A stretch of DNA of 64,000 bases from Pseudomonadota bacterium (lineage in GTDB: Bacteria; Desulfobacterota; Desulfovibrionia; Desulfovibrionales; Desulfovibrionaceae): assembly GCA_018817515.1 (NCBI GenBank), contig JAHIUD010000044.1:7031-71030 (forward strand). The letters are read 5' to 3'. This document shows, one piece after another, positions 42,852 through 52,685 of this stretch (position 1 is the first letter of the stretch; every line of letters begins with the position of its first letter). Position numbers and translations under genes: made by a program. The notes under the pieces were generated by a model. It was not told the origin of the DNA, did not search any database, and was given only the letters and a program-made list of their open reading frames with translations.

Positions 42852-44330
42852 ATGGAAAACTCCAAACAGCCCGTGATCCCCTCCGGCCGGCCCGGCGCCA
42901 CCATCCTCGTGGTGGACGACGACAAGAACATCCTGCAAGTGCTGGAGGCGCGGCTGGCCTTCGCCAAGTACAAGACCCTCACCGCCAGAAGCGCCGAGGA
43001 GGCCGTCGAGGTCCTGGCCGCTCAGCCGGTGGATCTGGTGGTCTCGGACGTGAAGATGCCTGGCATGGGCGGGGTGGGCCTGCTGCGCGAGGTGCTGGCC
43101 CAGTGGCCCCAGGTGCCGGTGATCCTGCTCACCGCCTATGGCAGTATCCCCGACGCCGTCAGCACCATCCGCTCCGGCGCGGCGGACTACCTGACCAAGC
43201 CCTTTGACGGGCACCAGCTTCTGGCCAAGATCGCCGATCTGCTGGGCCGGAGCACGGAAAAATCAGCACCCAAGGCCAAGCACCACAAGTCGTGCTTGAG
43301 CGAGCAGCTCTGGGGCGGCAAAAGCCCGGCCATGCGCGATTTCTACGCCCTCATGGAGCGCGTGGCGCCAACAGACGTCGCCGTGCTCATCCTGGGCGAG
43401 TCCGGCACGGGCAAGGAGCTCATCGCGCGCATCCTGCACGACCAGGGCCCGCGCGCCAAGGGGCCGTTTGTCATAGTGGACTGCGGCTCGACCCAGCCGA
43501 CCCTGCTTGAGAGCGAGCTTTTCGGCCACGTGAAGGGCTCCTTCACCCACGCCGTGCGCGACAAGAAGGGGCTCATGGAGGAGGCCGACGGCGGCACCCT
43601 GGTGCTGGACGAGATCGGCAACATCAGCCCGGAGATGCAGACCCGTCTGCTGCGCTTCCTGCAGGAGCGCACCATCCGCCGCGTCGGCGACACCCGCGCC
43701 ATCCCTGTGAACTGCCGGGTCATCGCCGCCACAAACGCCGATCTGCCCGCCCTGGTCAAGAAGGGCGAGTTTCGCGAGGACCTCTATTTCCGCCTCAAGG
43801 TGGTGACCCTCAAGGTGCCGCCCCTGCGCGAGCGCAAGGAGGACATCCCGCTGTTGACCGAGCGTTTCCTGGAGGCCTTCAGCCAGGATCAGAAGCGGCC
43901 CAAGGTGACGGCCTCGCCCGAGACTCTGCAGGTACTCATGGCCCACAGCTGGCCGGGAAACGTGCGCGAGCTCAAGCACGCCCTGGAGAGCGGCGTGGTG
44001 TTCTGCCGGGGGCAGGTGCTGGAGCCGAAGGATATTCAGCTGGAGCGGGCCGAGACCCTGCACGAGGCGGCCTTGGAGCCCGGTCCCGTGTCCGGTGCCG
44101 GGTCCTCTGGGGCTGGGCCTGGAGTCGGCCAGACCGAGGCCGCCTCTGCCGCCAGCGCGGATTCGCTTTCCCTTGAAGACAACGAGCACCAGGCCATCAT
44201 CCGCGCCCTGGAGCGCACTGCCTGGGTCAAGAAGACCGCCGCCGACCTGCTCGGCATCAGCCGCCGGGCCATCCACTACAAGATCAAGAAGTACAACATC
44301 CAGATTCCCGGCAAGGATCAGGACGAGTAG
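42852..44330 (+). CDS. sigma-54-dependent response regulator (NtrC family: REC, AAA+, Fis HTH)
   Basis: REC (ILVVDDD, VVSDVKMPG, TKP). Walker A GESGTGKE, GAFTGA-variant GSFTHA, and ELFGH. HTH TAADLLGISRRAIHYKIKKY. Confidence 0.93.
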   Translation: MENSKQPVIPSGRPGATILVVDDDKNILQVLEARLAFAKYKTLTARSAEEAVEVLAAQPVDLVVSDVKMPGMGGVGLLREVLAQWPQVPVILLTAYGSIPDAVSTIRSGAADYLTKPFDGHQLLAKIADLLGRSTEKSAPKAKHHKSCLSEQLWGGKSPAMRDFYALMERVAPTDVAVLILGESGTGKELIARILHDQGPRAKGPFVIVDCGSTQPTLLESELFGHVKGSFTHAVRDKKGLMEEADGGTLVLDEIGNISPEMQTRLLRFLQERTIRRVGDTRAIPVNCRVIAATNADLPALVKKGEFREDLYFRLKVVTLKVPPLRERKEDIPLLTERFLEAFSQDQKRPKVTASPETLQVLMAHSWPGNVRELKHALESGVVFCRGQVLEPKDIQLERAETLHEAALEPGPVSGAGSSGAGPGVGQTEAASAASADSLSLEDNEHQAIIRALERTAWVKKTAADLLGISRRAIHYKIKKYNIQIPGKDQDE

Positions 44331-45832
44331 CCCGAGCCTCCTTCCTCCCCGCCTTTGGCGAGGCCTGCCTCGAAGACAGGCTTGAGAACTGGCGCGCTTC
44401 CCGGCAACACGGCCTCCAGGTATTCCAGAAACTCCGGCAGCAGCCCGAGCATCTTGGCGTTGCAGATCCAGCCCACCACGGCCGCCCCCTGTATCTCGCG
44501 CGGGGCGCGCACCACGGCGTTGAGAACGGAACTCAGGCGCTCCAGGTGGTTTTGCGCCAGGGGCAGGGTGGCCTCGTCCGTCTGGCGGGCCTTTTTGCTG
44601 TGGGCCAGCAGCACGTGTGAAAGCCAAGGTGCGTAGGGTCCGGGCCCGTCGTGACGATGGGCGTCGGCCATGGCGTCCAGGGGTACGGAAAAGGGCCTGG
44701 CCTGGTTGGCGCGGAAGTAAAAGGCTCCCATGCCCAGAGGGACGCTTGATATCTCGGTGTTGCGGCCCGATTCCCGCGCCGCCAGGAACCAGTCCGACAG
44801 AAATATCTGGGTGTTGCTGGGCAGGACCAGGCTGAAGGGGAAGTCCCAGAACAGGTGGGATTCCTCGGCTCGGCAGTGGTTCAGCAGCAGGCCATCCTGG
44901 GTCAGCAGCCCGAAGAGTTCGCGCGCCGAGCCCAACTGGTCCTGGGCATAGGGCAGGGCGTTGGTGGACGCGATGAGGTCCACGCTGCCCGGGGCGAAGC
45001 AGAGGGGCCTGGAGAAGTCCACCGCATCGAAGCGCAGGTTCGGTAGCTGGAAGGCCCGGGCAGCCACGGCGATGGCCTCGGCGCTGGCGTCCAGGCCCAC
45101 CACCTGCGCCTGGGGATAACGCAGGGCCAGGGTGCGCGTGATCTGCCCCAGGCCGCAGCCCAGGTCCAGAATCAGGCGGGGCGTGCTTGGGGCCAGGCGC
45201 GTCAGGGCCTCGTCAAAGAGGAACGCCTGGTCCGCTGTGTTGGAGATGCCCGCCTCGTGCCAGCGCTCTTCCGGCAGGGCGAGCAGTTTTTCAACGCTGT
45301 TCTGCCAGGCGGGCTGGTTGAAGTTCTCGCTGCTTTTGCGGAACGTGAAGCGCGTGTCGCCCTCCGCAGGCTCCTGGGGCAGCGGGCCCGTGAGGCTGGC
45401 GTAGGGCGTCACCCGCAGCACCGGCCGTTCGCCGTTTTCCCTTCTCGCCTTGAGAGCCTGGGCCACCAGACGGCCCAGGTCGTCGCCCTTGCCGCCGAGC
45501 ACCAGCCAATCCGGGCCGGGCAGAGTGTGGACAGCGCGGCACTGGGGGGCGAAGTTGAAGCTGTCCGTGCGCACGAGGGGAAACACCAGGGGCGTGCGGA
45601 CATGCTCGCCAGAGCCGTGCATGGTGATGGACAGGCAGCGCAGGGACGCGAGGTCCAGGCTGACAATGGGCCTGTTGCGGAGGATTTTGGCCCGGCCCAG
45701 AGCCGCCTGCTCCAGGTAAGGGTATAGACCAGCCGTTCGTGCCGCAGGGATGAAGATGTCGAGTTCTGTGTCCATGCCTTTCCCAGAATCTGGATGCAAT
45801 TTCGTCTGGACAGCAATGGATGGACGGGGCAT
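44318..45832 (-). CDS. large class I SAM-dependent methyltransferase with uncharacterised N- and C-terminal domains
   Basis: Central motif I ILDLGCGLGQIT and VVGLDAS. Start is uncertain (ATG 45832, TTG 45841 or the internal MDTELD). The 3' end overlaps the convergent regulator gene by 13 nt. Confidence 0.72.
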   Translation of the reverse strand: MPRPSIAVQTKLHPDSGKGMDTELDIFIPAARTAGLYPYLEQAALGRAKILRNRPIVSLDLASLRCLSITMHGSGEHVRTPLVFPLVRTDSFNFAPQCRAVHTLPGPDWLVLGGKGDDLGRLVAQALKARRENGERPVLRVTPYASLTGPLPQEPAEGDTRFTFRKSSENFNQPAWQNSVEKLLALPEERWHEAGISNTADQAFLFDEALTRLAPSTPRLILDLGCGLGQITRTLALRYPQAQVVGLDASAEAIAVAARAFQLPNLRFDAVDFSRPLCFAPGSVDLIASTNALPYAQDQLGSARELFGLLTQDGLLLNHCRAEESHLFWDFPFSLVLPSNTQIFLSDWFLAARESGRNTEISSVPLGMGAFYFRANQARPFSVPLDAMADAHRHDGPGPYAPWLSHVLLAHSKKARQTDEATLPLAQNHLERLSSVLNAVVRAPREIQGAAVVGWICNAKMLGLLPEFLEYLEAVLPGSAPVLKPVFEAGLAKGGEEGGSGYSS

Positions 45833-46033
45833 GTCTGTCAAGCGAGACTGAAGAATTTTTGTTTCAATCTCTAAGGTTTTCGTGTAATAAATCCGATAGG
45901 AATTCGAGATGATGGCTAATACTCGCCCCGAAAGTGGGGGGGGATTTCAGGATAATGTGAAAATTCGCACAATCATGGGTTGCGACCCGGGCATAGGCGT
46001 TTGTCCGGCGTACGTCCCTGGCAGGAGGTCATC

Positions 46034-48061
46034 ATGCGCTTCACCTTGCTCAAAAAGATTCTTGGACTGGTGTTCCTTGCCGTTGTCCTTGTGGGCGGCG
46101 GAAACTATCTCTCCAGCCGATATTTCCTGAATAATACCCTGGATGAGCAGAACGTCAGGGAGATCAACAGTCGCGCGGACCTGGTGGCTGCCCAGTTCGA
46201 GGAAATGAAAAAGTCGCTGACCTCAAACGGTTTTCACATGGCCACCAACCCCCAGGTGGTGAGCAAGATCGCCGAGAAGGATACCCCCTGGCTGCAGGCC
46301 TACGCCAAGAAGGTCATGGAGGAGACGGGCCTTGAGTCCATCACCATCGCCGATGCCCAGGGCGTGTGCATCGCGCGCGGACACTCGGACAAGTCCGGAG
46401 ACAGCGTCGGCTCGCAGGTCAACATCCAGAACGCCTTCAAAGGCGAGACGACCGTTGGCGTGGAGCAGGGCACGGTGGTCAAGTTCTCCCTGCGCGCAGG
46501 CATTCCGGTGAAGCAAGGCGGCGCAATCATCGGCTGCATCACGCCTGGCTTCACCCTCTCCAGCGAGCGTTTTGTCGATCAGGTCAAGAAGAACCTGGAT
46601 CTTGAATGCACCATCTTCCAGGGCGACATGCGCGTCTCCACCACGATCATGAAGCAGGGCAAGCGCGCCGTCGGCACCAAGATGGACAACCCCAAGGTGC
46701 TGGAGGAGGTCCTTCAGAAGGGCAAGCGCTTCCTGGGGTATAATGTCATCCTGGGCGCGGCCTACAACACCGCCTATTGGCCGGTCGTCGATGTACACGG
46801 CAAGGCCGCGGGCATGTTCTTCATCGGCCAGCGACGCGACTTCATCGAGCGGGTGCTCTCCGAGACCAACCTGACCACCCTCGGCTCCACCGTGGCGGTG
46901 GGCCTGCTCATGCTCCTTATCGGGTACCTCTTCTCCAAGGCCCTGGTGCGGCCCATCCTGCAGACCATCGACTTCGCCAACCAGCTGGCCCAGGGCAACC
47001 TTGACGGTGAGCTGCACGTGGCCTCAAACGATGAGACGCACACCCTGGCCGAGGCCCTGCGGGTCATGGCCAAGAACCTCAAGATCAAGATTCAGGAGGC
47101 CGAGAGCAGCTGCTCCCAGGCCGACCTGAAGACCAAGGAGGCCGAGCAGGCCACCCAGGAGGCCCTGGAGGCCAAGCTCCAGGCCGAGTCGGCCAAGCGG
47201 GAGGGCATGCTCGATGCCGCGGACAAGCTTGAAGAGATCGTGGAGCGCATAACCTCCTCCTCCGAAGAGCTCTCCTCCCAGGTGGAGGTCATGAGCCGGG
47301 GCATGGACCTGCAGCGCGACCGCGTGGGCGAAACCGCCACCGCCATGGAGCAGATGAACGCCTCGGTGATCTCCGTGGCCCGCCAGGCCGGAGAGGTCGC
47401 CGGGAGCTCGGACAACGCCAAGGACAAGGCCGCTGGCGGCGCGGAGGTCGTGCGCCGGTCCCAGCTGGCCATCGGCCACGTGAACAGCATCTCCGTACAG
47501 CTCAAGGAGAACATGCTGCAGTTGGGCAAGCAGGCCGAGGCCATCGGCCAGGTCATGAACGTCATCAACGACATCGCCGACCAGACCAACCTCCTGGCCC
47601 TGAACGCCGCCATCGAGGCCGCTCGCGCTGGCGATGCCGGGCGCGGTTTCGCGGTGGTGGCTGACGAGGTGCGCAAGCTCGCGGAAAAGACCATGGGCGC
47701 CACCAAGGAAGTGGGCGAGAACATCCGCGCCATCCAGGACTCCAGCCGCAAGAACATCGACAGCATGGACAAGGCCGCCCAGGCCATCGGCGAGGCCACC
47801 AGCCATTCCGACGAGTCGGCCAAGGCCCTGGATGAGATCGTGGTCATCGCCAAGACGAACGCCGACATGGTGCAGCTCATCGCGGGCGCGGCCGAGGAGC
47901 AGTCTGGCGTGTCCGAGAAAATCAGCTCGGCCATCGAGGAAGTCAACCGCGTGGCCGCAGAGACCGCCGAGGGCATGGCCCAGTCCGTGCTGGCCATCAG
48001 CGAGGTGGCGCACATGGCGTCGCAGCTCCGCACCATCATCGGGGAGCTCAAGTCTTCCTAA
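46034..48061 (+). CDS. methyl-accepting chemotaxis protein with a large periplasmic (Cache-type) sensor domain
   Basis: RBS AGGAGG. TM1, a ~270-aa sensor region, TM2 and HAMP, then the highly conserved MA domain ([38 protein letters not shown]). Confidence 0.93.
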   Translation: MRFTLLKKILGLVFLAVVLVGGGNYLSSRYFLNNTLDEQNVREINSRADLVAAQFEEMKKSLTSNGFHMATNPQVVSKIAEKDTPWLQAYAKKVMEETGLESITIADAQGVCIARGHSDKSGDSVGSQVNIQNAFKGETTVGVEQGTVVKFSLRAGIPVKQGGAIIGCITPGFTLSSERFVDQVKKNLDLECTIFQGDMRVSTTIMKQGKRAVGTKMDNPKVLEEVLQKGKRFLGYNVILGAAYNTAYWPVVDVHGKAAGMFFIGQRRDFIERVLSETNLTTLGSTVAVGLLMLLIGYLFSKALVRPILQTIDFANQLAQGNLDGELHVASNDETHTLAEALRVMAKNLKIKIQEAESSCSQADLKTKEAEQATQEALEAKLQAESAKREGMLDAADKLEEIVERITSSSEELSSQVEVMSRGMDLQRDRVGETATAMEQMNASVISVARQAGEVAGSSDNAKDKAAGGAEVVRRSQLAIGHVNSISVQLKENMLQLGKQAEAIGQVMNVINDIADQTNLLALNAAIEAARAGDAGRGFAVVADEVRKLAEKTMGATKEVGENIRAIQDSSRKNIDSMDKAAQAIGEATSHSDESAKALDEIVVIAKTNADMVQLIAGAAEEQSGVSEKISSAIEEVNRVAAETAEGMAQSVLAISEVAHMASQLRTIIGELKSS

Positions 48062-48085
48062 GCGCACCTGCAATTGGAATTCGAG

Positions 48086-48119
48086 AGAGGGGAGGCCGTG
48101 CGGCTTCCCCTCTTTTTTT
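48086..48119 (+). terminator. rho-independent terminator of the MCP gene
   Basis: agaggggaggcc-gtgc-ggcttcccctct followed by ttttttt. Confidence 0.75.
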
Positions 48120-48355
48120 GTGCGCCGGGCATTGGGGACATGCGGTTTCGTCAGAGGCCAGACTTTGGCGGCCGCTGCCCTGTGGGACGCGAGGCGACGT
48201 TGGTCAGGGCGAGGCCAGAAGGTGTGCATTCGTTGTCGGAGCCGAGCAGCCTGCGTATCTCGTCTGCGCCAAGTAGTCTGGGCCAAGGGTTCTGAGCTGG
48301 GTGGGCAGGGGCGCATTCGTGGCTGGGCGAGGGCTATGGGGCTTGGTCCGAAAGC

Positions 48356-48414
48356 CTGGCGGCAGGGCCAAAAAGACGGCAGGGCCAAAGAAAAGACGGC
48401 AGAGCCAAAGAAAA
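48356..48414. repeat. about 2.8 tandem copies of a 20-nt unit (GACGGCAGRGCCAAAGAAAA)
   Basis: Read directly. It abuts the ppiD terminator hairpin. Confidence 0.8.
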
Positions 48415-48440
48415 GGGGGGAGACCATACGGCTCCCCCCT
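48403..48440 (-). terminator. rho-independent terminator of ppiD (minus strand)
   Basis: Minus-strand RNA: GGGGGGAG-CCGUAUGG-UCUCCCCCC followed by UUUUCUUUGG. Confidence 0.65.
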
Positions 48441-48473
48441 TGATGTCATCTGATGCCGCGTGATTCGCGCTGG

Positions 48474-50384
48474 CTAGTTCAGCAGGTCCTGTCGCACGAT
48501 CTCGACCTTGACGCTCTCGCGCAGGTTGGTCAGCAGGGCGTTGAACAGCTCCTGGCTGAAGGCCTGGGCGCCCTGGCTGATCCAGATGCGTTTTTCCTTC
48601 TCCCAGGTGGCTTCGGGCGCGGGAATGCGTTCGGCCAAGCGGGCCAGGGCCACGCCGGCAGGGACCTCGTAGGGCTGCTTCAGCCAGTTGTGGTCGCCAG
48701 CGGCGAAGATGGCCGCAAGCATCTGCGGGTTGCTGCCGGGCTGCGTCTGGGCGGCCTGGCGGTCCAGCGGCGGGGTGGTCTTGAAGTCGGCCTTGACCGA
48801 AGCCAGGGCCTTGGCCTGAGTCTCAGGGTTCTGCAGCTCGGCCAGGACCTTCTGGGCCTTCTCCATGGCCAGCTTGCGCGCCTCCTGGACCTTGACCTCG
48901 GCCACGACCTTGTCGCGCACCTTGTCCAGGGGCAGGATGGCCTCCGGCGTGCCCTCGATCTTCTCGGCCAGCAGGTAGCCGCGAGCGGGCTCCATGGCCA
49001 GGGGGGTCTTGGCCCCGCTGCCGGGAGCCAAAGCGAACATGGTGTCCACGGCCTCCTTCTTGAGGCCGAAGGTGCGCTGCACCTCCTGCTGGTCCATCAT
49101 CTCGCTCTTGCGCGTGGTGAGCCCCAGCCCCTGGGCGATCTTGGCAAGCTTCACTCCGGCCGCGATCTGGTCCATGCTCTGGTCCAGGATCTCGTTGCTC
49201 TTCTCCGAGGCTTTCTCCTCGGCCAGGCGCTTCTTGATGTCATCCTTGACCTGGTCGAAGGGCACGGTGCCCGCCGGGCGGTTGCCCATGAGCTTGATGA
49301 TGTGCCAGCCGTACTGGGTGCGCACGGGTTCGCTGACCTGGCCGGGCTTGAGGGTGAGCGCCGCATCCTCGAAGGGCTTGACCATGGTGCCCTGCGAGAA
49401 CCAGGGCAGCTCGCCGCCCTTGGCTGCGCTGACGGGGTCCTGGGAATACTTCTTGGCCAGGGCCTCGAAGCTGGCGCCCTTCTTCAACTGGGCCTGGATA
49501 TCCTTGATCTGGGCCTGGGCCTTGTCGGCCACTTCCTGGGGCGCGGAGGGCTGCACCAGGAGCAGGATGTGCCGGGCCTGCATCTGCGCCGGGTGTTTGA
49601 AGTTTTCGATGCCGGCGTCGTAGTCCTTCTTGATGTCCTCGTCGCTGACCTTCACGGTGGAGGCCAGTTCGGCCACGGTGACGGGCAGGTATTCAAGGCG
49701 GATGCGCGCAGGCTCCTTGTACTTTTCCTTGGTCGCCTCGTAGAGGTCGGCCACCTGCTGGTCTGTGGGCTTCACCAAGGCCTCGAAGTCCTTGGCGGGG
49801 AAGAGCACGTAGTCCATGCGCACAGTCTCTCGCGCCCACTGGTACAGGCCCTTGGCCTCGGGCTCGGTCAACAGCGCGGAGATGGTTGTGTAGCCCTGGA
49901 GCTTCTGGATGATCTGGTTGTCCTTGAGCTCGGCCTCGAAGCGCGCCGGGGTGGAGTGGTTCTGCGCGAGGGCGTTTTTGTAGATGCCAGGATCAAAGGT
50001 GTTCTGGGCGTTGTGGAAGGCCGGGATTTTGCTGATGACGGAACGCAGCTCGGCCGGGGACACCGTGATGCCCATCTTGGCAGCGGCGGAAAGCATGAGC
50101 CTCGTGTTCACCAGTTGGCCCAGGATGGCCTGCTTGAACTGTGGGGTGTTCAGCTCCTCGGCGGAGATGCCGGGATTCTGGCGGCGCATGGCTGTGATGG
50201 AGTCCTCAAAGGCCCTCTGAAATTCGCGGGCGCTGATGGGCTCGCCGCCCACATAGGCCACCACGGGCTCCTTCTTTTCGGTGAAGCTGCCCATGCCGAA
50301 GGCGAAGACAAAGACCACGATAATGATGCCAAAGGCGATCTTGATGCCCCAGCTTCCGGCGTTTCTACGTAACATTTCGAGCAT
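48474..50384 (-). CDS. ppiD: periplasmic chaperone/peptidyl-prolyl isomerase PpiD
   Basis: N-terminal anchor MLEMLRRNAGSWGIKIAFGIIIVVFVF, SurA_N-like region, parvulin domain (ARHILL..., GGELPWFSQGTMVKPFEDAA, SEPVRTQYGWHIIK). Confidence 0.88.
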   Translation of the reverse strand: MLEMLRRNAGSWGIKIAFGIIIVVFVFAFGMGSFTEKKEPVVAYVGGEPISAREFQRAFEDSITAMRRQNPGISAEELNTPQFKQAILGQLVNTRLMLSAAAKMGITVSPAELRSVISKIPAFHNAQNTFDPGIYKNALAQNHSTPARFEAELKDNQIIQKLQGYTTISALLTEPEAKGLYQWARETVRMDYVLFPAKDFEALVKPTDQQVADLYEATKEKYKEPARIRLEYLPVTVAELASTVKVSDEDIKKDYDAGIENFKHPAQMQARHILLLVQPSAPQEVADKAQAQIKDIQAQLKKGASFEALAKKYSQDPVSAAKGGELPWFSQGTMVKPFEDAALTLKPGQVSEPVRTQYGWHIIKLMGNRPAGTVPFDQVKDDIKKRLAEEKASEKSNEILDQSMDQIAAGVKLAKIAQGLGLTTRKSEMMDQQEVQRTFGLKKEAVDTMFALAPGSGAKTPLAMEPARGYLLAEKIEGTPEAILPLDKVRDKVVAEVKVQEARKLAMEKAQKVLAELQNPETQAKALASVKADFKTTPPLDRQAAQTQPGSNPQMLAAIFAAGDHNWLKQPYEVPAGVALARLAERIPAPEATWEKEKRIWISQGAQAFSQELFNALLTNLRESVKVEIVRQDLLN

Positions 50385-50417
50385 GATCTCTCCGATTGTT
50401 CTTGATATGCCGGGCTG

Positions 50418-52346
50418 TTAGCCCTTGGGCGCGCGCACGGTGTTCAGCAGTCCGCCCGATTGGATAATCTCCAGCTCGTGGTCCGTCAAATCATTTGTCA
50501 CCATGACCTTGGCGGAAGAACCCACGCTCACCCCCACGGGCTTGCCCGGCTGGATGTCTTTGGCGTTGATTTCAAGCTCAGCGCCCTGGGCCAGGGTTTC
50601 GTAATCGTCCTTGTTCACCAGCAGCAGCGGCAGGATGCCGAAGTTGACCAGGTTGGCGCGGTGGATGCGGGCCAGGCTCTTGACGATGACGGCCTTGACG
50701 CCCAGGTGGCGCGGGGCCAGCGCGGCGTGCTCGCGGCTGGAGCCCTGGCCGTAGTTCTCGCCGCCCAGAATGAACCCGCCGCCGAGTTCCTTGATGCGGC
50801 TGACGAACTGCGGGTCCACCTTGGTGAACACATGCTCGCTGATGGCCGGGATGTTTGAGCGCAAGGCCATGATGGCCGCGCCTGCGGGCATGATGTGGTC
50901 GGTGGTGATGTTGTCGCCGACCTTGAGCGCGATCTTGCCGGTGATCTTTTCCGGCAGGTTGGAAAAGCGTTCCAGGGCCACGATGTTCGGTCCGCGCAGC
51001 ACCTCGACGTCAGCGCCCTTTTCGGGTGGGTAGACGAAGAGCTTGCGGATGCTCGGGCATTTCTTCGGCAGCTCGGCCTTCTTGGGCGGGGTGCCCCAGG
51101 TGGCCGGGTCGGTGAACTTGCCGTTCAGCGCGGCCTGGGCGGCGGTGAGGGGGCTCACCAGGTACACCTGGGCGTCCTGGGTGCCGCTGCGGCCTTCGAA
51201 GTTGCGGTTGAAGGTGCGCGCGCACACGCCCTTGCTTGCCGGCGAGCCGCCGATGCCGATGCACGGCCCGCAGGCGCATTCCAGGATGCGCGCCCCGGCG
51301 TCGAGCAGGGGATCGAGCAGGCCCTCGGCGGTGAGGAGCTTCAGGACCTGCTTGGAGCCCGGCGCGATGAGGAGGTCTGTGGCCGGGTTGATGCGCTTGC
51401 CCTTCAGGAGTTCGGCCGTGGCCTTGAGATCGGTGTAGGAGGAGTTGGTGCAGGAGCCGATGGCCGCCTGGTCCACCTGCATGCCGTCCAGGTCCTTGAT
51501 GCGCACCATGCGGTCGGGCATGTGCGGGGCAGCGGCCAGGGGCTCCAGGGCCGAGAGGTCGATGGTCACCTCTTCATCATAGGTGGCCTTGGGGTCGGCG
51601 GTCAGGGCGGTGAAGTCTTCGGGGCGGCCCATGCGCGACAGGAACTTCTTGGTCTGGGCGTCGCTGGGGAAGATGCTGGTGGTGGCGCCCAGCTCCGCAC
51701 CCATGTTGGTGATGGTGGCGCGCTCCGGCACGGTGAGGGTGGCCACGCCCGGCCCGGCGAATTCCATGACCTTGCCCACGCCGCCCTTGACGCTGAGCAT
51801 GCCCAGCAGGTGCAGGATGACGTCCTTGGCGCTGGCCCAGCCCTTGAGCTCGCCGGTCAAGAGCACGCGCACGACCTTGGGCATGGGCAGCATGTAAGGC
51901 ATTCCGGCCATGGCCAGGGCCACGGACAGACCGCCCGCGCCGATGGCCAGGCTGCCCACGCCGCCCGCGGTGGGGGTGTGGGAGTCGGAGCCGATGAGGG
52001 TGCGGCCCGGCTTGGCGAAATTTTCCAGGTGCAGCTGGTGGCAGATGCCGGTGCCAGCGGGCGAGAACACGATGCCGTACTTGGCGGCGATGGTGCGCAG
52101 GTAGCGGTGGTCGTCGGGGTTGCGGAAGCCGGTCTGCAGCGTGTTGTGGTCCACGTAGCTGACCGAGAGCTCGGTCTTGACGCGCTCGATGCCGATGGCC
52201 TCGAACTGCAGGCAGGCCATGGTGCCGGTGGCGTCCTGGGTCAGGGTCTGGTCGATCTTGAGGCCGATCTCGGAGCCCGGGGTCATCTTGCCGGAGACGA
52301 GATGCTGGGCGATGATCTTCTGGGTGATGTTGCGGGCCTTGGCCAT
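50418..52346 (-). CDS. acn: aconitate hydratase (~640-aa type)
   Basis: Fe-S cluster ligand regions IGSDSHT, GSCTNSS and CGPCIG, plus a C-terminal swivel domain GENYGQGSSREHAA. Confidence 0.92.
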   Translation of the reverse strand: MAKARNITQKIIAQHLVSGKMTPGSEIGLKIDQTLTQDATGTMACLQFEAIGIERVKTELSVSYVDHNTLQTGFRNPDDHRYLRTIAAKYGIVFSPAGTGICHQLHLENFAKPGRTLIGSDSHTPTAGGVGSLAIGAGGLSVALAMAGMPYMLPMPKVVRVLLTGELKGWASAKDVILHLLGMLSVKGGVGKVMEFAGPGVATLTVPERATITNMGAELGATTSIFPSDAQTKKFLSRMGRPEDFTALTADPKATYDEEVTIDLSALEPLAAAPHMPDRMVRIKDLDGMQVDQAAIGSCTNSSYTDLKATAELLKGKRINPATDLLIAPGSKQVLKLLTAEGLLDPLLDAGARILECACGPCIGIGGSPASKGVCARTFNRNFEGRSGTQDAQVYLVSPLTAAQAALNGKFTDPATWGTPPKKAELPKKCPSIRKLFVYPPEKGADVEVLRGPNIVALERFSNLPEKITGKIALKVGDNITTDHIMPAGAAIMALRSNIPAISEHVFTKVDPQFVSRIKELGGGFILGGENYGQGSSREHAALAPRHLGVKAVIVKSLARIHRANLVNFGILPLLLVNKDDYETLAQGAELEINAKDIQPGKPVGVSVGSSAKVMVTNDLTDHELEIIQSGGLLNTVRAPKG

Positions 52347-52391
52347 GTGACGGTGCTCCTTGTGCTTCCTTTAGTATTCTTGTGCGCCGGG

Positions 52392-52685
52392 CTAGAACAG
52401 AAGTCCGCCAGCGTCGGGTCCGCCAGGGTCGTCAGAGAAGCCCTTGCGGATGCGGTTGATCTTGTTGGTCCGAAACTGAATTTCCACCTCCAGGCGCAGC
52501 TTGTCGCGCTGGAGCAGGAATATCTCCTCCGAATGGAAGATGCCCTTGGCCATGTCCTCGGCCGCCATGAGCTCACGCACCCGGCGCACGCAGTGGTCGC
52601 GCTGGGCGGTGAAGTCGGCGATTTCGGTCTCGCACAGGGCGATGGTCTCAGACTCGGACGCGTTGTTTTCTGGACTTTGCGACAT
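52392..52685 (-). CDS. hypothetical coiled-coil protein (97 aa)
   Basis: Start at MSQSPENN. It overlaps the upstream gene's 3' end by 38 nt. No recognisable family. Confidence 0.4.
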   Translation of the reverse strand: MSQSPENNASESETIALCETEIADFTAQRDHCVRRVRELMAAEDMAKGIFHSEEIFLLQRDKLRLEVEIQFRTNKINRIRKGFSDDPGGPDAGGLLF

